Source: Eledone cirrhosa
Taxonomy: Eukaryota
Length of the DNA stretch: 64,000 nt
NCBI GenBank assembly: GCA_964016885.1
Contig: OZ024761.1
Span: forward strand, 16,492,001-16,556,000
Direction: 5' to 3'
Shown: one piece after another, positions 45,361 through 60,039 of the stretch
Layout of the letters: the number at the start of each line of letters is the position of its first letter
Position numbering within the stretch: the first letter of the stretch is position 1
Program-made: the position numbers and the translations under genes
The notes under the pieces: model-generated
The model's input: only the letters and a program-made list of their open reading frames with translations
Databases searched by the model: none
Told to the model about the DNA's origin: nothing

Positions 45361-46259
45361 CATGGCGTCCGACTCTCTACCGATACTGCCAATCCACCGC
45401 CCTAGCATGGCGTCCGACTCTCTACCGATACTGCCAATCCACCGCCCTAGCATGGCGTCCGACTCTCTACCGATACTGCCAATCCACCGCCCTAGCATGG
45501 CGTCCGACCCTCTACCGATACTGCCAATCCACCGCCCTAGCATGGTGTCCGACTCTCTACCGATACTGCCAATCCACCGCCCTAGCATGGCGTCCGACCC
45601 TCTACCGATACTGCCAATCCACCGCCCTAGCATGGCGTCCGACCCTCTACCGATACTGCCAATCCACCGCCCTAGCATGGCGTCCGACCCTCTACCGATA
45701 CTGCCAATCCACCGCCCTAGCATGGCGTCCGACCCTCTACCGATACTGCCAATCCACCGCCCTAGCATGGCGTCCGACCCTCTACCGATACTGCCAATCC
45801 ACCGCCCTAGCATGGCGTCCGACCCTCTACCGATACTGCCAATCCACCGCCCTAGCATGGCGTCCGACCCTCTACCGATACTGCCAATCCACCGCCCTAG
45901 CATGGCGTCCGACCCTCTACCGATACTGCCAATCCACCGCCCTAGCATGGCGTCCGACCCTCTACCGATACTGCCAATCCACCGCCCTAGCATGGTGTCC
46001 GACTCTCTACCGATACTGCCAATCCACCGCCCTAGCATGGCGTCCGACTCTCTTCCGATACTGCCAATCCACCGCCCTAGCATGGCGTCCGACTCTCTTC
46101 CGATACTGCCAATCCACCGCCCTAGCATGGCGTCCGACTCTCTTCCGATACTGCCAATCCACCGCCCTAGCATGGCGTCCGACTCTCTTCCGATACTGCC
46201 AATCCACCGCCCTAGCATGGCGTCCAACTCTCTACCGATACTGCCAATCCACCGCCCTA
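45315..46259 (-). repeat. 45-bp tandem repeat of a SINE 5' head, 21 copies
   Basis: Unit GCATGGCGTCCGACCCTCTACCGATACTGCCAATCCACCGCCCTA. Confidence 0.97.
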
Positions 46260-46658
46260 TATGATAATGATGAATATATGTGACACAACGAATAAGGCAC
46301 AGGACTCCTAACTCAGAGAGGTAGATTCAAGTCACATCAGATGTATATATCATTATCATCATCATTTTTTATGTCCACCTTCAATTCTAGCATTAACTGG
46401 ACATTTCAAAGGAGCTGATTGTCAGATCTGACCAAGGAAACAATGTTTTCATTGGTCTTTCCATTGCTAATACTATCTATCCAGGTCACAATTTCTGACA
46501 GAACGAGCTATGTGAAATAAAGTATCTTGCTGAAGGGCGTAACGCATCATCTGGTACGGGAATCGAACTCACAACCTCACAATTGCAAATCCAATTCTCC
46601 AACCACTAAGCCACACCCTTCCATAGGTCCTCCTTGTATTTCCTATTTTTAACATTAA

Positions 46659-47006
46659 CCCTTTAACATTTAAACTGGCCATATCCAACCAGAATTCTCT
46701 CACCTCTTCTGTTCAAACCAGCCATAACCAAATGCTCATACTTATGTTAAGGTATTGTTCTCAAAATAAATATCAAAATCTCATAGATTCGATATTATGC
46801 GAGATAATTAAACATATGCACACACATGTACTCCAGGTCCTGTCACAGAGGAGCTGAACACCCACTGTCATCGCTTCCCTCTCTCTCGTCCTCCCCGTAT
46901 CTCACTATTATGAGCAAATGGGGTCCCATGCACTGGCTACCCCACGGCTCTGGCAGACAGAATAGAGAAGTCATTCTCCTGGAAGAGTAATGTAAATGCT
47001 AAAGGG
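46659..47006 (-). mobile_element. Long variant of the piggyBac-type MITE with a GC-richer internal segment
   Basis: TTAA-flanked TIRs with an extra ~170-bp segment that is also present at 31965-32130. Confidence 0.8.
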
Positions 47007-47261
47007 TTAATGTTCTATTCACTTTGCGCCAGCCTTGAAACAAAACACTATTTTGCCACCAGGCAAAAGAAAGGAGCTGATTGTCAGATCTGACCAAGGA
47101 AACAATGTCTCTATTGGTAATACTATCTGTTAGTCACAAAACCAGGCAGAAGAAAGGAGCTGATTGTCAGATCTGGACTGGGTGTTTTTTATTGTGAAAC
47201 CAAACTACCACCTCGTGATCCCAGCCAACAGGATGGAGAAGACTGCTCAATAGGATGAGCC

Positions 47262-48292
47262 ATTAATACTAACTACTATACTCTACATTAGATAATGTAG
47301 TCTTAGATATACTATATCTGATAGCCATTCATACTAACTACTATACTCTACATTATCTAATGTAGTCTTAGATATACTATATCTGATAGCCATTCATACT
47401 AACTACTATACTCTACATTAGATAATGTAGTCTTAGATATACTATATCTGATAGCCATTAATACTAACTACTATACTGTACATTAGATAATGTAGTCTTA
47501 GATATACTATATCTGATAGCCATTAATACTAACTACTATACTCTACATTAGATAATGTAGTCTTAGATACACTATATCTGATAGCCACTAATACCAACTA
47601 CTATACTCTACATTAGATAATGTAGTCCTAGATACACTATATCTGATAGCCACTAATACTAACTACTATACTCTACATTAGATAATGTAGTCCTAGATAC
47701 ACTATATCTGATAGCCACTAATACACTAATACTAACTACTATACTGTACATTAGACAATGTAGTCGTAGATACACTATATCTGATAGCCACTTATATTAA
47801 CTACTATATTGTAATTAGACAATGTAGTCCTAGATACACTATATCTGATAGTTACTAATACTAACTACTATACTGTGCATTAGACAATGTAATTCTAGAT
47901 ACAATATGTCTGATAGTCATTAATACTAACTACTATACACTACCTTAGATAATGTAGTCTTAGATACACTATATCTGATAGCCACTAATACTAACTACTA
48001 TATTGTACATTAGACAATGTAGTCCTAGATACACTATATCTGATAGCTACTTATATTAACTACTATATTGTAATTAGACAATGTAGTCCTAGATACACTA
48101 TATCTGATAGCTACTAATACTAACTACTATACTGTTCATTAGACAATGTAATTCTAGATACAATATGTCTGATGGTCATTAATACTAACTACTATACTGT
48201 ACATTAGATAATGTAGTCCTAGATACAATATGTCTGATAGCCACTAATACTAACTACTCTACTGTACATTAGATAATGTAGTCCTAGATATA
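47262..48292. repeat. ~65-bp minisatellite, ~15-16 copies
   Basis: Unit ACTAACTACTATACTCTACATTAGATAATGTAGTCTTAGATATACTATATCTGATAGCCATTAAT. Confidence 0.95.
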
Positions 48293-48474
48293 CCTTTGTG
48301 CTACATGTATTTACTATAACTAACAAGAGTCTACACAATATAATAAAATGCAAGTAAATCTATTTCACATGCCACCACCATAAATGAAACTTAAGGGTCA
48401 GTCGGCCTCATGGACCTGACTGACTGGATGGATCAGTTTAATAATTCCCTCCAAATCCTCGATTCCTTTTCTTC

Positions 48475-49160
48475 GCTCATTTATCCCTGAGAGGGTCATG
48501 TGGGGGTCAGAGTCCTCAAAAACTCCTTCCAGCAGGTCCTGTCAAAAGCAACCTTCTCCAAATTGAGATATCACAGCTCCAATACTATGACCATGTGGTT
48601 AGAATGTCTCAGGAAAGAATTGCTAGACAGATTTTTCAGGCAAAACCAACCAGCAAGAGACCTAGGAGTAGAACCACCCCAAGAAAGATAGCTGGATAAC
48701 AATGAGCATAGAGTGCATAGCTCGGAAATCGCAGAGTTGTTCCAGGTTGAGCCGCTACTTCTCTGAAATAAGAGATCACAGCTCTGATGCTTATGAGCCT
48801 CTAGGTTTGAGACAGACTTGTCAACTTTGAAGTTTATAACTCAGAGATCAGAGAGTCACTCCAGGTAGGGTTGCTACTTCCTCAAACTGAGAAATCATAC
48901 CTCCGATATTACAGACGTGGTTAGAATGTCTCAAGAAAGAAACACTGGACAGATTTTACAGGCAAAAACCAACCAGCAGGAGACCCAGGGGAAGACCCGA
49001 CCCGACCCAAGAGAAATGGTTGGATAACATCCATGAGCTTGGCTGGTCTCACTGGGGGGATCCAGCCAGATCAATTGAAGACGTCTGCTAGAAATTCTTG
49101 ATGCTTTTCTTCGCCCACTTATTCCTGAGAGGGTTGTGGGGGCAGAGCCCTCAAACACTG
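48475..49160 (+). mobile_element. Several tandem remnants of the same second RTE-type 3' end
   Basis: Homologous to 2595-2890 (gccgctacttctc...gagatcacagctc, gtggttagaatgtctcag, gagacccagggg, ttggataacatccatgagcttggctgg). Confidence 0.7.
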
Positions 49161-50557
49161 CCTCCAATGGGCCCTGTCAGAAATTCTTTATTTTCAAAAT
49201 TATTTGAAAAGTACTGGCAGTGTCTTTCATTAGAAATATGGTAAGGAAAAGAAAGAGGTTAAATGAAGCCTTCTACAATTTGGTGAAGAGTCTGGAATGT
49301 TATGGCTTCTATATATAAAGTAAATTATGCTTAAACAACAACAAGAATATTGTGTATTGAATTGATAAAAAATTGTTTTATATGTTTGAGAAGATTAACC
49401 TGAAAACTGGAAGGTAGAAACTAATCCCTACATTATTATTGTTGTTGTTGTTATTGTTATTGTATTATTTTTACAAACATTTGGGTAGCAATCCTGTTAG
49501 TTACAAGGATATAAACATTAGATTGTAGAAATAAATATTTTATTTGCCTTTTAATATACATATGTACATGTATCAGACAGACACACAGACAAAGAAAGAG
49601 TGGAGACACAGAGAGACAGACAGACCAAGAGACAGAATGACACAGACAGAGACCAAGAGACAGAATGACAGACAGACAGAGAGAGAGAAGGACAGAGTGA
49701 CAGAAGCACAGACAGAGGCAGACGTAGAGGCAGACAGTCAGACAATGACACAGTCAGACAATGACACGGTCAGAGAAAGGAACAGATTGACAGAGGTACA
49801 AAAAGACAGTAACAGGCACACTCACAAGAGACAGAAAGACACACAGACATGGCGAAAGGACAGAGTGACATAGAGACCCAGAGACAGTCACAGACAGACA
49901 GATTGACAGGCAGACAGACAGAAACACACACACACACACACAGAGACAGCCATTGAGAGAGGACAAAATGACAGAGACAAAATGATATAGACAGAGAGAG
50001 CAAAGGGCAGGTGAAATAAAAAAAAAATACGTTACAAATATATTTAAAAGATTACAGTTAAAATAATCCACCCCATTTCATACCTAAGCAGACTATATAT
50101 ATTCAGTAAAAGTTTTGGTAAAAAGCAGGAGTAAACAGGAGAAAGCTCTCTACATCTGTAGTTTGTAGTTACGGTGTCTAGTTGCATAAGGGAACCATCG
50201 AAATAATTATAATGAATAAACGATTTATGTAATATCAGCATCTTTTTTTTATGTTATTATATATATATAACTTATGAAATCTAACTGAAATACACGAAGG
50301 AACCATGAGTAAAAAAAAACAACTTAAATATATTCAGAGATTTTTTAAAGATTGAGATTTTGAAAACCACCCCAAATTATTAACTTGAATCTTCACGTGA
50401 TAAACTCATTCTCTCTCTCACTCTCTCTGTATGTCAGTATATATAATCTCTGTATGACAGTCTCTCTCACTCTCTGTATGACAGTCTCTCTCACACTCTC
50501 TCCCTGTATGTCAGTATCTCTCTCTATATGTCAGTATATATAATCTCTGTATGGCAG

Positions 50558-50592
<35 letters not shown>

Positions 50593-50959
50593 GTATGTCA
50601 GTGTCTCTCTCCATCTGTATGTCACACACACTTTGTATACATATTAGTAAAATATAAAACGACTGAACACACTACACACACAACCATACACACACTAGTA
50701 ATATTTACAATGACTGCACACTACACACAACCATACACACACTAGTAATATTTACAATGACTGCACACTACACACACACACACACACGTAAAATCAATGA
50801 CTACACATGACACACTATGTACAACACACCACACCGCACTAGAGAAGGATTTAAAATCAAGAGACCAACTACAACACTACACTAATAAAATATAGAGACC
50901 GACTACACACCACATATACACATACAAACTACATATCACAAACACACTTACACCACACA

Positions 50960-52570
50960 AACTACACACTACACCATACTACACCACCAGAGACTACACT
51001 ACACCATTCTACACCACCAGAGACTACACTACACCATTCTACACCACAAGAGACTACACCACAAGAGACTACACCACACCACAAGAGACTACACCATACT
51101 ACACCACAAGAGACTACACTACACCATACTCCACCACCAGAGACTACACTACACCATACTCCACCACCAGAGACTACACTACACCATACTCCACCACCAG
51201 AGACTACACTACACCATACTACACCGCCAGAGACTACACTACACCATACTACACCGCCAGAGACTACACTACACCATACTACACTTCACAAGATTACACT
51301 ACACCATACTACACTACACAAGACTACACTACACCATACTACACTACACAAGACTACACTACACCATACTACACTACACAAGACTACACTACACCATACT
51401 ACACTACACAAGACTACACCATACTACACCACCAGAGACTACACTACACCATACTACACTACACAAAACTACACTACACTACACCATACTACACCAACAG
51501 AGTCTACACTACACCATACTACAACAGAGACTACACTACACCATACTACACCACACCATACTACACCACCAGAGACTACACCACACAAGACTACACTACA
51601 CCATACTACACCACCAGAGACTACACTACACCATACTACACCACCAGAGACTACACTACACCATACTACACCACCAGAGACTACACTACACCATACTACA
51701 CCACCAGAGACTACACTACACCATACTACACCACACAAGACTACACTACACCATACTACACCACAAGAGACTACACTACACCATACTACACCACCAGAGA
51801 CTACACTACACCATACTACACCACACCATACTACACAACCAGAGACTACACTACACCATACTACACCACCAGAGACTACACTACACCATACTACACCACC
51901 AGAGACTACACTACACCATACTACACCACACCATACTACACCACAAGAGACTACACTACACCATACTACACCACACCATACTACACCACAAGAGACTACA
52001 CTACACCATACTACACCACCAGAGACTACACTACACCATACTACACAACCAGAGACTACACTACACCATACTACACCACCAGAGACTACACTACACCATA
52101 CTACACCACACCATACTACACCACAAGAGACTACACTACACCATACTACACCACCAGAGACTACACTACACCATACTACACCACACCATACTACACAACC
52201 AGAGACTACACTACACCATACTACACCACCAGAGACTATACTACACCATACTACACCACCAGAGACTACACTACACCATACTACACCACCAGAGACTACA
52301 CTACACCATACTACACCACAAGAGACTACACTACACCATACTACACCACCAGAGACTACACTACACCATACTACACCACCAGAGACTACACTACACCATA
52401 CTACACCACACCATACTACACCACAAGAGACTACACTACACCACACCATACTACACCACAAGAGACTACACTAGACCATACTACACCACCAGAGACTATA
52501 CTACACCATACTACACCACAAGAGACTACACTACACCATACTACACCACAAGAGACTACACTACACTATA
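50960..52570. repeat. 30-bp minisatellite built from pentamers
   Basis: Unit ACTACACTACACCATACTACACCACCAGAG. Confidence 0.95.
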
Positions 52571-53644
52571 CTCCACACTACACACCACACCAGTAAAATC
52601 TAAAATCTAAAGAACCCAACTACACGCTACATACTAAACTACACCACACATCATATTACACTAGTAACAGCTAGAATCTAGAGACAACTACACACAATAC
52701 CAGACCACACCATATTACATTAGTAAGAACTAAAATCTGGAGAGCCTTACCACCACCACCACATCACATACTACTCTACAATACACCACCACACCACACC
52801 AATCAGACCAGACCATACTACACTAGTTAAGAACTAAAATCTAAAGAGCCCTACTACCACCACATCACATACTACTCTACACTACACCAACCACACACGA
52901 CACTAGTAAAAACTAAAATCTAGAGACAACTACACACCACATCACATACTACACTACATCCTACATATTACACACACACACACTACACAACACACACCAT
53001 ACACACCACTAGTTAAGAACTAAAGTCTAAAGAGCCCAACTACCACCACCACCACTACTACTACTACTACTACCTCCTCCTAATCAGCAGATTTCTCCCC
53101 ACTCAGCAACTCTCACAGAGGAAGTGGGATAAAATATGAAATACTGCCCTGAAATAGCAACCAAGTTTTAACGCAACAAAAATATAAAATATATCAACTA
53201 GAATATATTTAAATAACAGGGTGTGTTCCTCACATATGACATTACTTTCTTTTCATATTACTTTTGGACACATAAGAATGAAAACATTTTAAATGAAGGG
53301 CTTGTTATTTGCTCCTATAGAAAAAACTGTCTAAATAATTTTTTTTAAATACACCGAATATAAATTCATGATAATTATTTCTGATTTAGGCACAAGGCCA
53401 GTAATTTTAGAGGTAGGAGAACGTATGTGTGTACTGCATCGACCCCAGTTTGTGATTGGTACTTTGTTTTATCGACCCCCAGAAGGATGAAAAGTAAAGT
53501 TGACGAGCTGATAAATTCCGACCTCACACACTTACACCTCTCCAAGACAATGTCACTGGACCGAGAGCTTTGGCGGTACTCAGTAATAGAGAAGACCCGC
53601 GTTACCTAAATACAAAGTAAAACCTACTAGTCAGTAGGCATCTC

Positions 53645-53983
53645 TAACAAAATACACCCCCGTCCCACCACCCCCACCCCACCCCATGTAAAGTTATGTT
53701 GGTGCCACAACATCCAGGCCGAAACAAATGAGATCGTGTAGGTGTCACGACAAAAAAACACACAGGCCACGCTGTAATGTGACCGTGTAGGCAACACGGT
53801 AAAAACCTCCCAGCCCCACACTGTAAATGTGGTTGGTGTTAGGAAGGGCATCCAACTGTAGAAAACCCGCCAGACAGTCCTATGCGAGCAAGACAACCAC
53901 TCTTGCCTCAAGTGGGAAAACTCCTATCCAAACCCATGCAAGCATGGAACACGGACGTTAAACGATGATGATGATGATGATGA
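53645..53983 (+). mobile_element. SINE-like element family B
   Basis: Collinear with 4445-5093 but without the expansion, with a (GAT)n tail. Confidence 0.8.
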
Positions 53984-54258
53984 CTTCGGCAGGATTTGAA
54001 CTCGAAATGTAATAAACAATATACTTAATTTCTAAATTAAGTACAAGGCCAACAATTTGTAAGCGAGGAAGAGGAAGTTGGTTACATTGACCTCCCCCAG
54101 TTCGTGACTGGTACATTATTAGATCGACACCCACAAAGATAAAAAGGCATTGGTGAGATTTTAATTCAGAACGTCAAGGGCTGTATATGTGTGTTTGTGT
54201 ATTGATGAAGGGCTTATGCTCTCCTTCGGAGTCCCCCCCCCCCCACCACCACCACCAC

Positions 54259-54294
54259 TTTCCTGATGAAGGGCTTATGCTTGAAACGTCGCAA
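54259..54294 (+). ncRNA. Minimal type I hammerhead motif (Penelope-like)
   Basis: TTTC-CTGATGA-A-GGGC-ttat-GCTT-GAAA-CGTC-GCAA. The core is present, stem III is the palindrome ACGT, the cleavage site is GUC, and stem I has one mismatch. A partial copy lies at ~54202-54220. Confidence 0.65.
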
Positions 54295-54586
54295 CCACAC
54301 ACACCCCACTCTCACCAAGCGTGAAACTAATATTTGTAACATTTACTCCTGCGTTTGTCCGTTCTTTTGTTTTCTAGTATTCCGAACTATAAAATAAGTA
54401 GAAGGGGTATTAATTTTAATTTGTTGGAAGTCCGACAAATATAAATGTTTATAACTGATTTAGAGCACTCAACAGTTTACTGGAATAAATATTCAATGAT
54501 ATTAAATAAATGGAAAATATATTTATAAAACCATATTTATTTTATTATATATATTTCAAGGGTACCAAGACATTAAACAAACTTTG

Positions 54587-54976
54587 TATTTTATCTGATG
54601 AAAGCGTACCAATGTGTCTTGGTACCCTTGAAATTCATTCATTTTCATTCATTTCATTTTACGTCCCCTTTTCCCTGCTTGCAAGGGTGGGACGGGAACT
54701 GATTCTGGCTTGATTTCTACAGCTGGATGCCCTTCCTAACACCAACCTCATTTACAGTGAGTGGTGGGTGCTTTTTTGCCGTGGCACCTCCACGACCACT
54801 TTGCAGTGGATCATCTCATTTCTACAGCTGAGTAAACTGGAGCAATGTGAAATAAAGTGTCTTGCTCAAGGAAACAACATATCACCCGGTCTGAGAATTG
54901 AACTCACAACCTTTCGATTGCAAGGCCAATGCTCTAACCACTAAGCCATGTGCCTCCAAATATATATAATAAAATA
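54587..54976 (+). ncRNA. Type I hammerhead ribozyme interrupted by a SINE
   Basis: Removing the SINE (54635-54958) restores TATTTTAT-CTGATGA-AAGCGTACCAA-tgtgtc-TTGGTACCCTT-GAAA-TATATA-TA-ATAAAATA. The inverted copy at 54503-54572 independently preserves the uninterrupted junction. Confidence 0.8.
54635..54958 (-). mobile_element. SINE family A inserted in a hammerhead
   Basis: Full-length copy lacking the internal hairpin, with a short AAT/AAAT duplication at the flanks. Confidence 0.9.
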
Positions 54977-55060
54977 AATATGGTTTTATAAATATAGTTT
55001 CCATTTATTTTATATATATATATATATATAAGATCAAAAGATGGTTAAATGAGTTCCATG

Positions 55061-55131
55061 TATTTTATTATGCGCATTTCAAAAACAAATATCATCATGC
55101 AATAACATTTGTGTTTTCATCAGATAAAATA
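55061..55131 (-). ncRNA. Type I hammerhead ribozyme, apparently intact
   Basis: Minus strand: TATTTTAT-CTGATGA-AAACACAAATGTTAT-tgcatg-ATGATATTTGTTTTT-GAAA-TGCGCA-TA-ATAAAATA. It has an 8-bp stem I, a long stem II, a complete core, a palindromic stem III (ATGCGCAT) and an AUA cleavage triplet. Confidence 0.88.
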
Positions 55132-55353
55132 GGAGGACATGATATGAAGGTTAAAAAACACTTGTGGATAGTGCAGTTTTAAATCAACATATATATATAT
55201 ATATATAAAGTCAAGGAAACACGAAACGAACAAACAAGAGGATGCAATAACAAATGTATTAGTTTCACGCTTGGAGGAAAAAGAATGAGTTGACATATAT
55301 ATAGAATTAGCTGTCAAAACGGCTTGAGCTCAGCCGTCGGGGTCCTACTCGTT

Positions 55354-55389
<36 letters not shown>

Positions 55390-55517
55390 TGTACCATCAT
55401 AATTTTGGGTATTGTACAATTTTTTTTTTTTTTTCTCACCTGCTCTGAATTGATAACTTACATGCCATTATATATTATATATTATTATATTATTATTATA
55501 GTGTGATTGTGACATTC

Positions 55518-55549
<32 letters not shown>

Positions 55550-56089
55550 CTTAAATAATAATTTCTAAATTAGGCACAAGGCCAGGAAATTGGGCGCAGG
55601 GATAAAGGTCATCATCCAGACCCCAGGTGCTTGACTGGTGTTTTAGTAAATCGACCCCTAGAAGGATGAAAGGCAACGTAGTAGACCTTGGCGACATTTG
55701 AACTCAAAACGTAAAGAAAAGACCGTGACTAAATAGCGCAAAGTATTTCCTCTGACGCTCTACCGATTCTGCCAATCCACCACCTTCGATATATTTAAAT
55801 AGGAGGAGGTGTGCCTAAACGAAAAACTAGTTTCTTTCTTCCTTTATTACTTTGATATAGAAAAAAAGAATTACGATCGTTAGTTTTGTTACTTTCCACC
55901 TACTGAACATTGTATATATAATAGAAGAAAATATATCATCATCATCATCGTTTAACGTCTATCTTCCACACTTGCATGGGTTTGTAAGTATATATATATC
56001 AAAGTCAATGACACACGACCGTGACTTCTGGCGTCACGCAGTAATACAGGGTACCCGACCTCCCATGGGTACATGCTGAAGCATATAAA

Positions 56090-57712
<1,623 letters not shown>

Positions 57713-58289
57713 ATTCCATCGACCTCGAAACGGTGAAAGACATAAAATGACCCGAGGCAAGATTCGAACCCCCGAAGGTCATGAAAGGGGCTTCATATCC
57801 ATTTGTGGTACAACTTGTGGTGATGGCTGAGTGGAGGTGTTGTGAAGTAGCGGTGGTGATGGTGGTGGTGGTGGTGGTGTGATGGAGATAATGGCAGTGT
57901 AGTGGTGAAGATGGTGTTGTGAAGTAGCGGTGGTGATGGCGTGGTGGTGGTGGTGGTGGTGGTGGTGTTGTGATGGAGATAATGGCAGTGTAGTGGTGAA
58001 GATGGTGTTGTGAAGTGGTGGTCATGTAACGATGGCTGCATAATGGTAGGTAGTGTTGTGTAATAGTGATGATGATGGTGGTGGTGGTGGTGGTGGTGGT
58101 GTAGTGATGACTGTATGATGGTGGTGGTGTAGTGATGACTGTATGATGGTGGTGGCGGTGGTGGTGTAGTAATGACTATGATGGTGGTGGTGTAGTGATG
58201 ACTGTAGGATGGTGGTGGTGGTGTAGCTGTGTGGTTAAGATGATGGTATGGTGTAGTTGCGATGTCGTGGTGTGGTCTAGTTACGGTGT

Positions 58290-58520
58290 TATGGAGATGG
58301 TGGAGATGGTGGAGATGGTAGAGATGGTGGTGGAGATGGTAGAGATGGTAGAGATGGTGGAGATGGTGGAGATGGTAGAGATGGTGGTGGAGATGGTAGA
58401 GATGGTAGAGATGGTGGAGATGGTGGAGATGGTGGAGATGGTAGAGATGGTGGAGATGGTAGAGATGGTAGAGATGGTGGTGGAGATGGTAGAGATGGTA
58501 GAGATGGTAGAGATGGTGGT
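58290..58520. repeat. 9-bp repeat GAGATGGT(A/G)
   Basis: Direct inspection. Confidence 0.92.
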
Positions 58521-58718
58521 GATGAACTACAAACGGAATTGGTGAAGATTTAGAACCAGAAAATGTAATATATAAACCATACTTCACAGATTATCAAAAG
58601 ATCAAATTGTATATCTGTGTGTGTATATGTGTGTGTTGTGTTTGTGTGTATATATGTGTGTGTGTATATATATATGTGTGTGTGTATACATGTATGTGTG
58701 TGTGTATATATATGTGTG

Positions 58719-58753
<35 letters not shown>

Positions 58754-58952
58754 GTGTGTATATATATGTGTGTGTATATATATATATATGTGTGTATATA
58801 TATATGTGTGTGTATATATATATGTGTGTGTATATATATATGTGTGTGTATATATATGTGTGTGTGTATATATATGTGTGTGTGTATATATATGTGTGTG
58901 TGTATATATATGTGTGTGTATATATATATGTGTGTATATATATATGTGTGTG

Positions 58953-58993
<41 letters not shown>

Positions 58994-59454
58994 GTGTATA
59001 TATGTGTGTGTGTATATATGTGTGTGTGTATATATGTGTGTGTGTATATATATATGTGTGTGTATATATATATGTGTGTGTATATATATATGTGTGTGTA
59101 TATATGTGTTTGTGTGTGTACATATATGTATGTGTCTGTGTAATATACACCGAAATCGGTGTTTTACGTAGACAAAACAATCAGACTTAATAGGCACTCA
59201 ATACACGTGAACAAAGTGTAAGAATTATTTTCTGAAAATTGAAGGTGATAGTGACTTCGAAGATTCTGCGATTGCTTCTCGTTATTTATACATACATTAC
59301 ACATACATTATACACACAGTATAAACGGGTATTGATGTCTATGACTGTTATAATAAATGCGACAAAGGGAGAAGAAAAAAAAAGCACGTCTAAGATTTGA
59401 TAGGTTAGCTTAAAAGATATTTTCATAAGATATAAGACAAAGGCAGACATCAAT

Positions 59455-59840
59455 CACACACACACATATATACATAGACATACACCCAGAGAGAGAGAGA
59501 GAGAGAGAGGGAGGGAGGGAGAGAGGGAGTACCTTTTTGAATAAGTCCAGCTAATTTACACACACAAATATATATATACACACACATATACATAGACATA
59601 CACCCAGAGAGAGAGAGAGGGAGGGAGTACCTTTTTGAATAAGTCCAGCTAATTTACACACAAATATATATATACACACACATATACATAGACATACACC
59701 CAGAGAGAGAGAGAGGGGGGGAGTACCTTTTTGAATAAGTCCAGCTAATTTACACACAAATATATATATACACACATATACATAGACATACACCTACAGA
59801 GAGAGAGAACCTTTTTGAATCAGTCCACCTAATTTACACA
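59455..59840. repeat. ~90-120-bp tandem repeat, 4 copies
   Basis: ACCTTTTTGAATAAGTCCAGCTAATTTACACAC recurs four times. Confidence 0.88.
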
Positions 59841-60007
59841 CACATACATACATACATACACATACATACATATATATATATACATACGTACACATACATA
59901 CATACATACACAGGGTGTCCCAAAAAAAATGTATACACACTTCAACGGCATTCTAATTTAATATTCACTGCACAGGTAATTAAAGTGTGTATACATTTGG
60001 AATTATG

Positions 60008-60039
<32 letters not shown>

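Noticed and set aside
45220-46264. 335-aa and 319-aa ORFs
   Set aside because: Products of the 45-bp SINE-head array.
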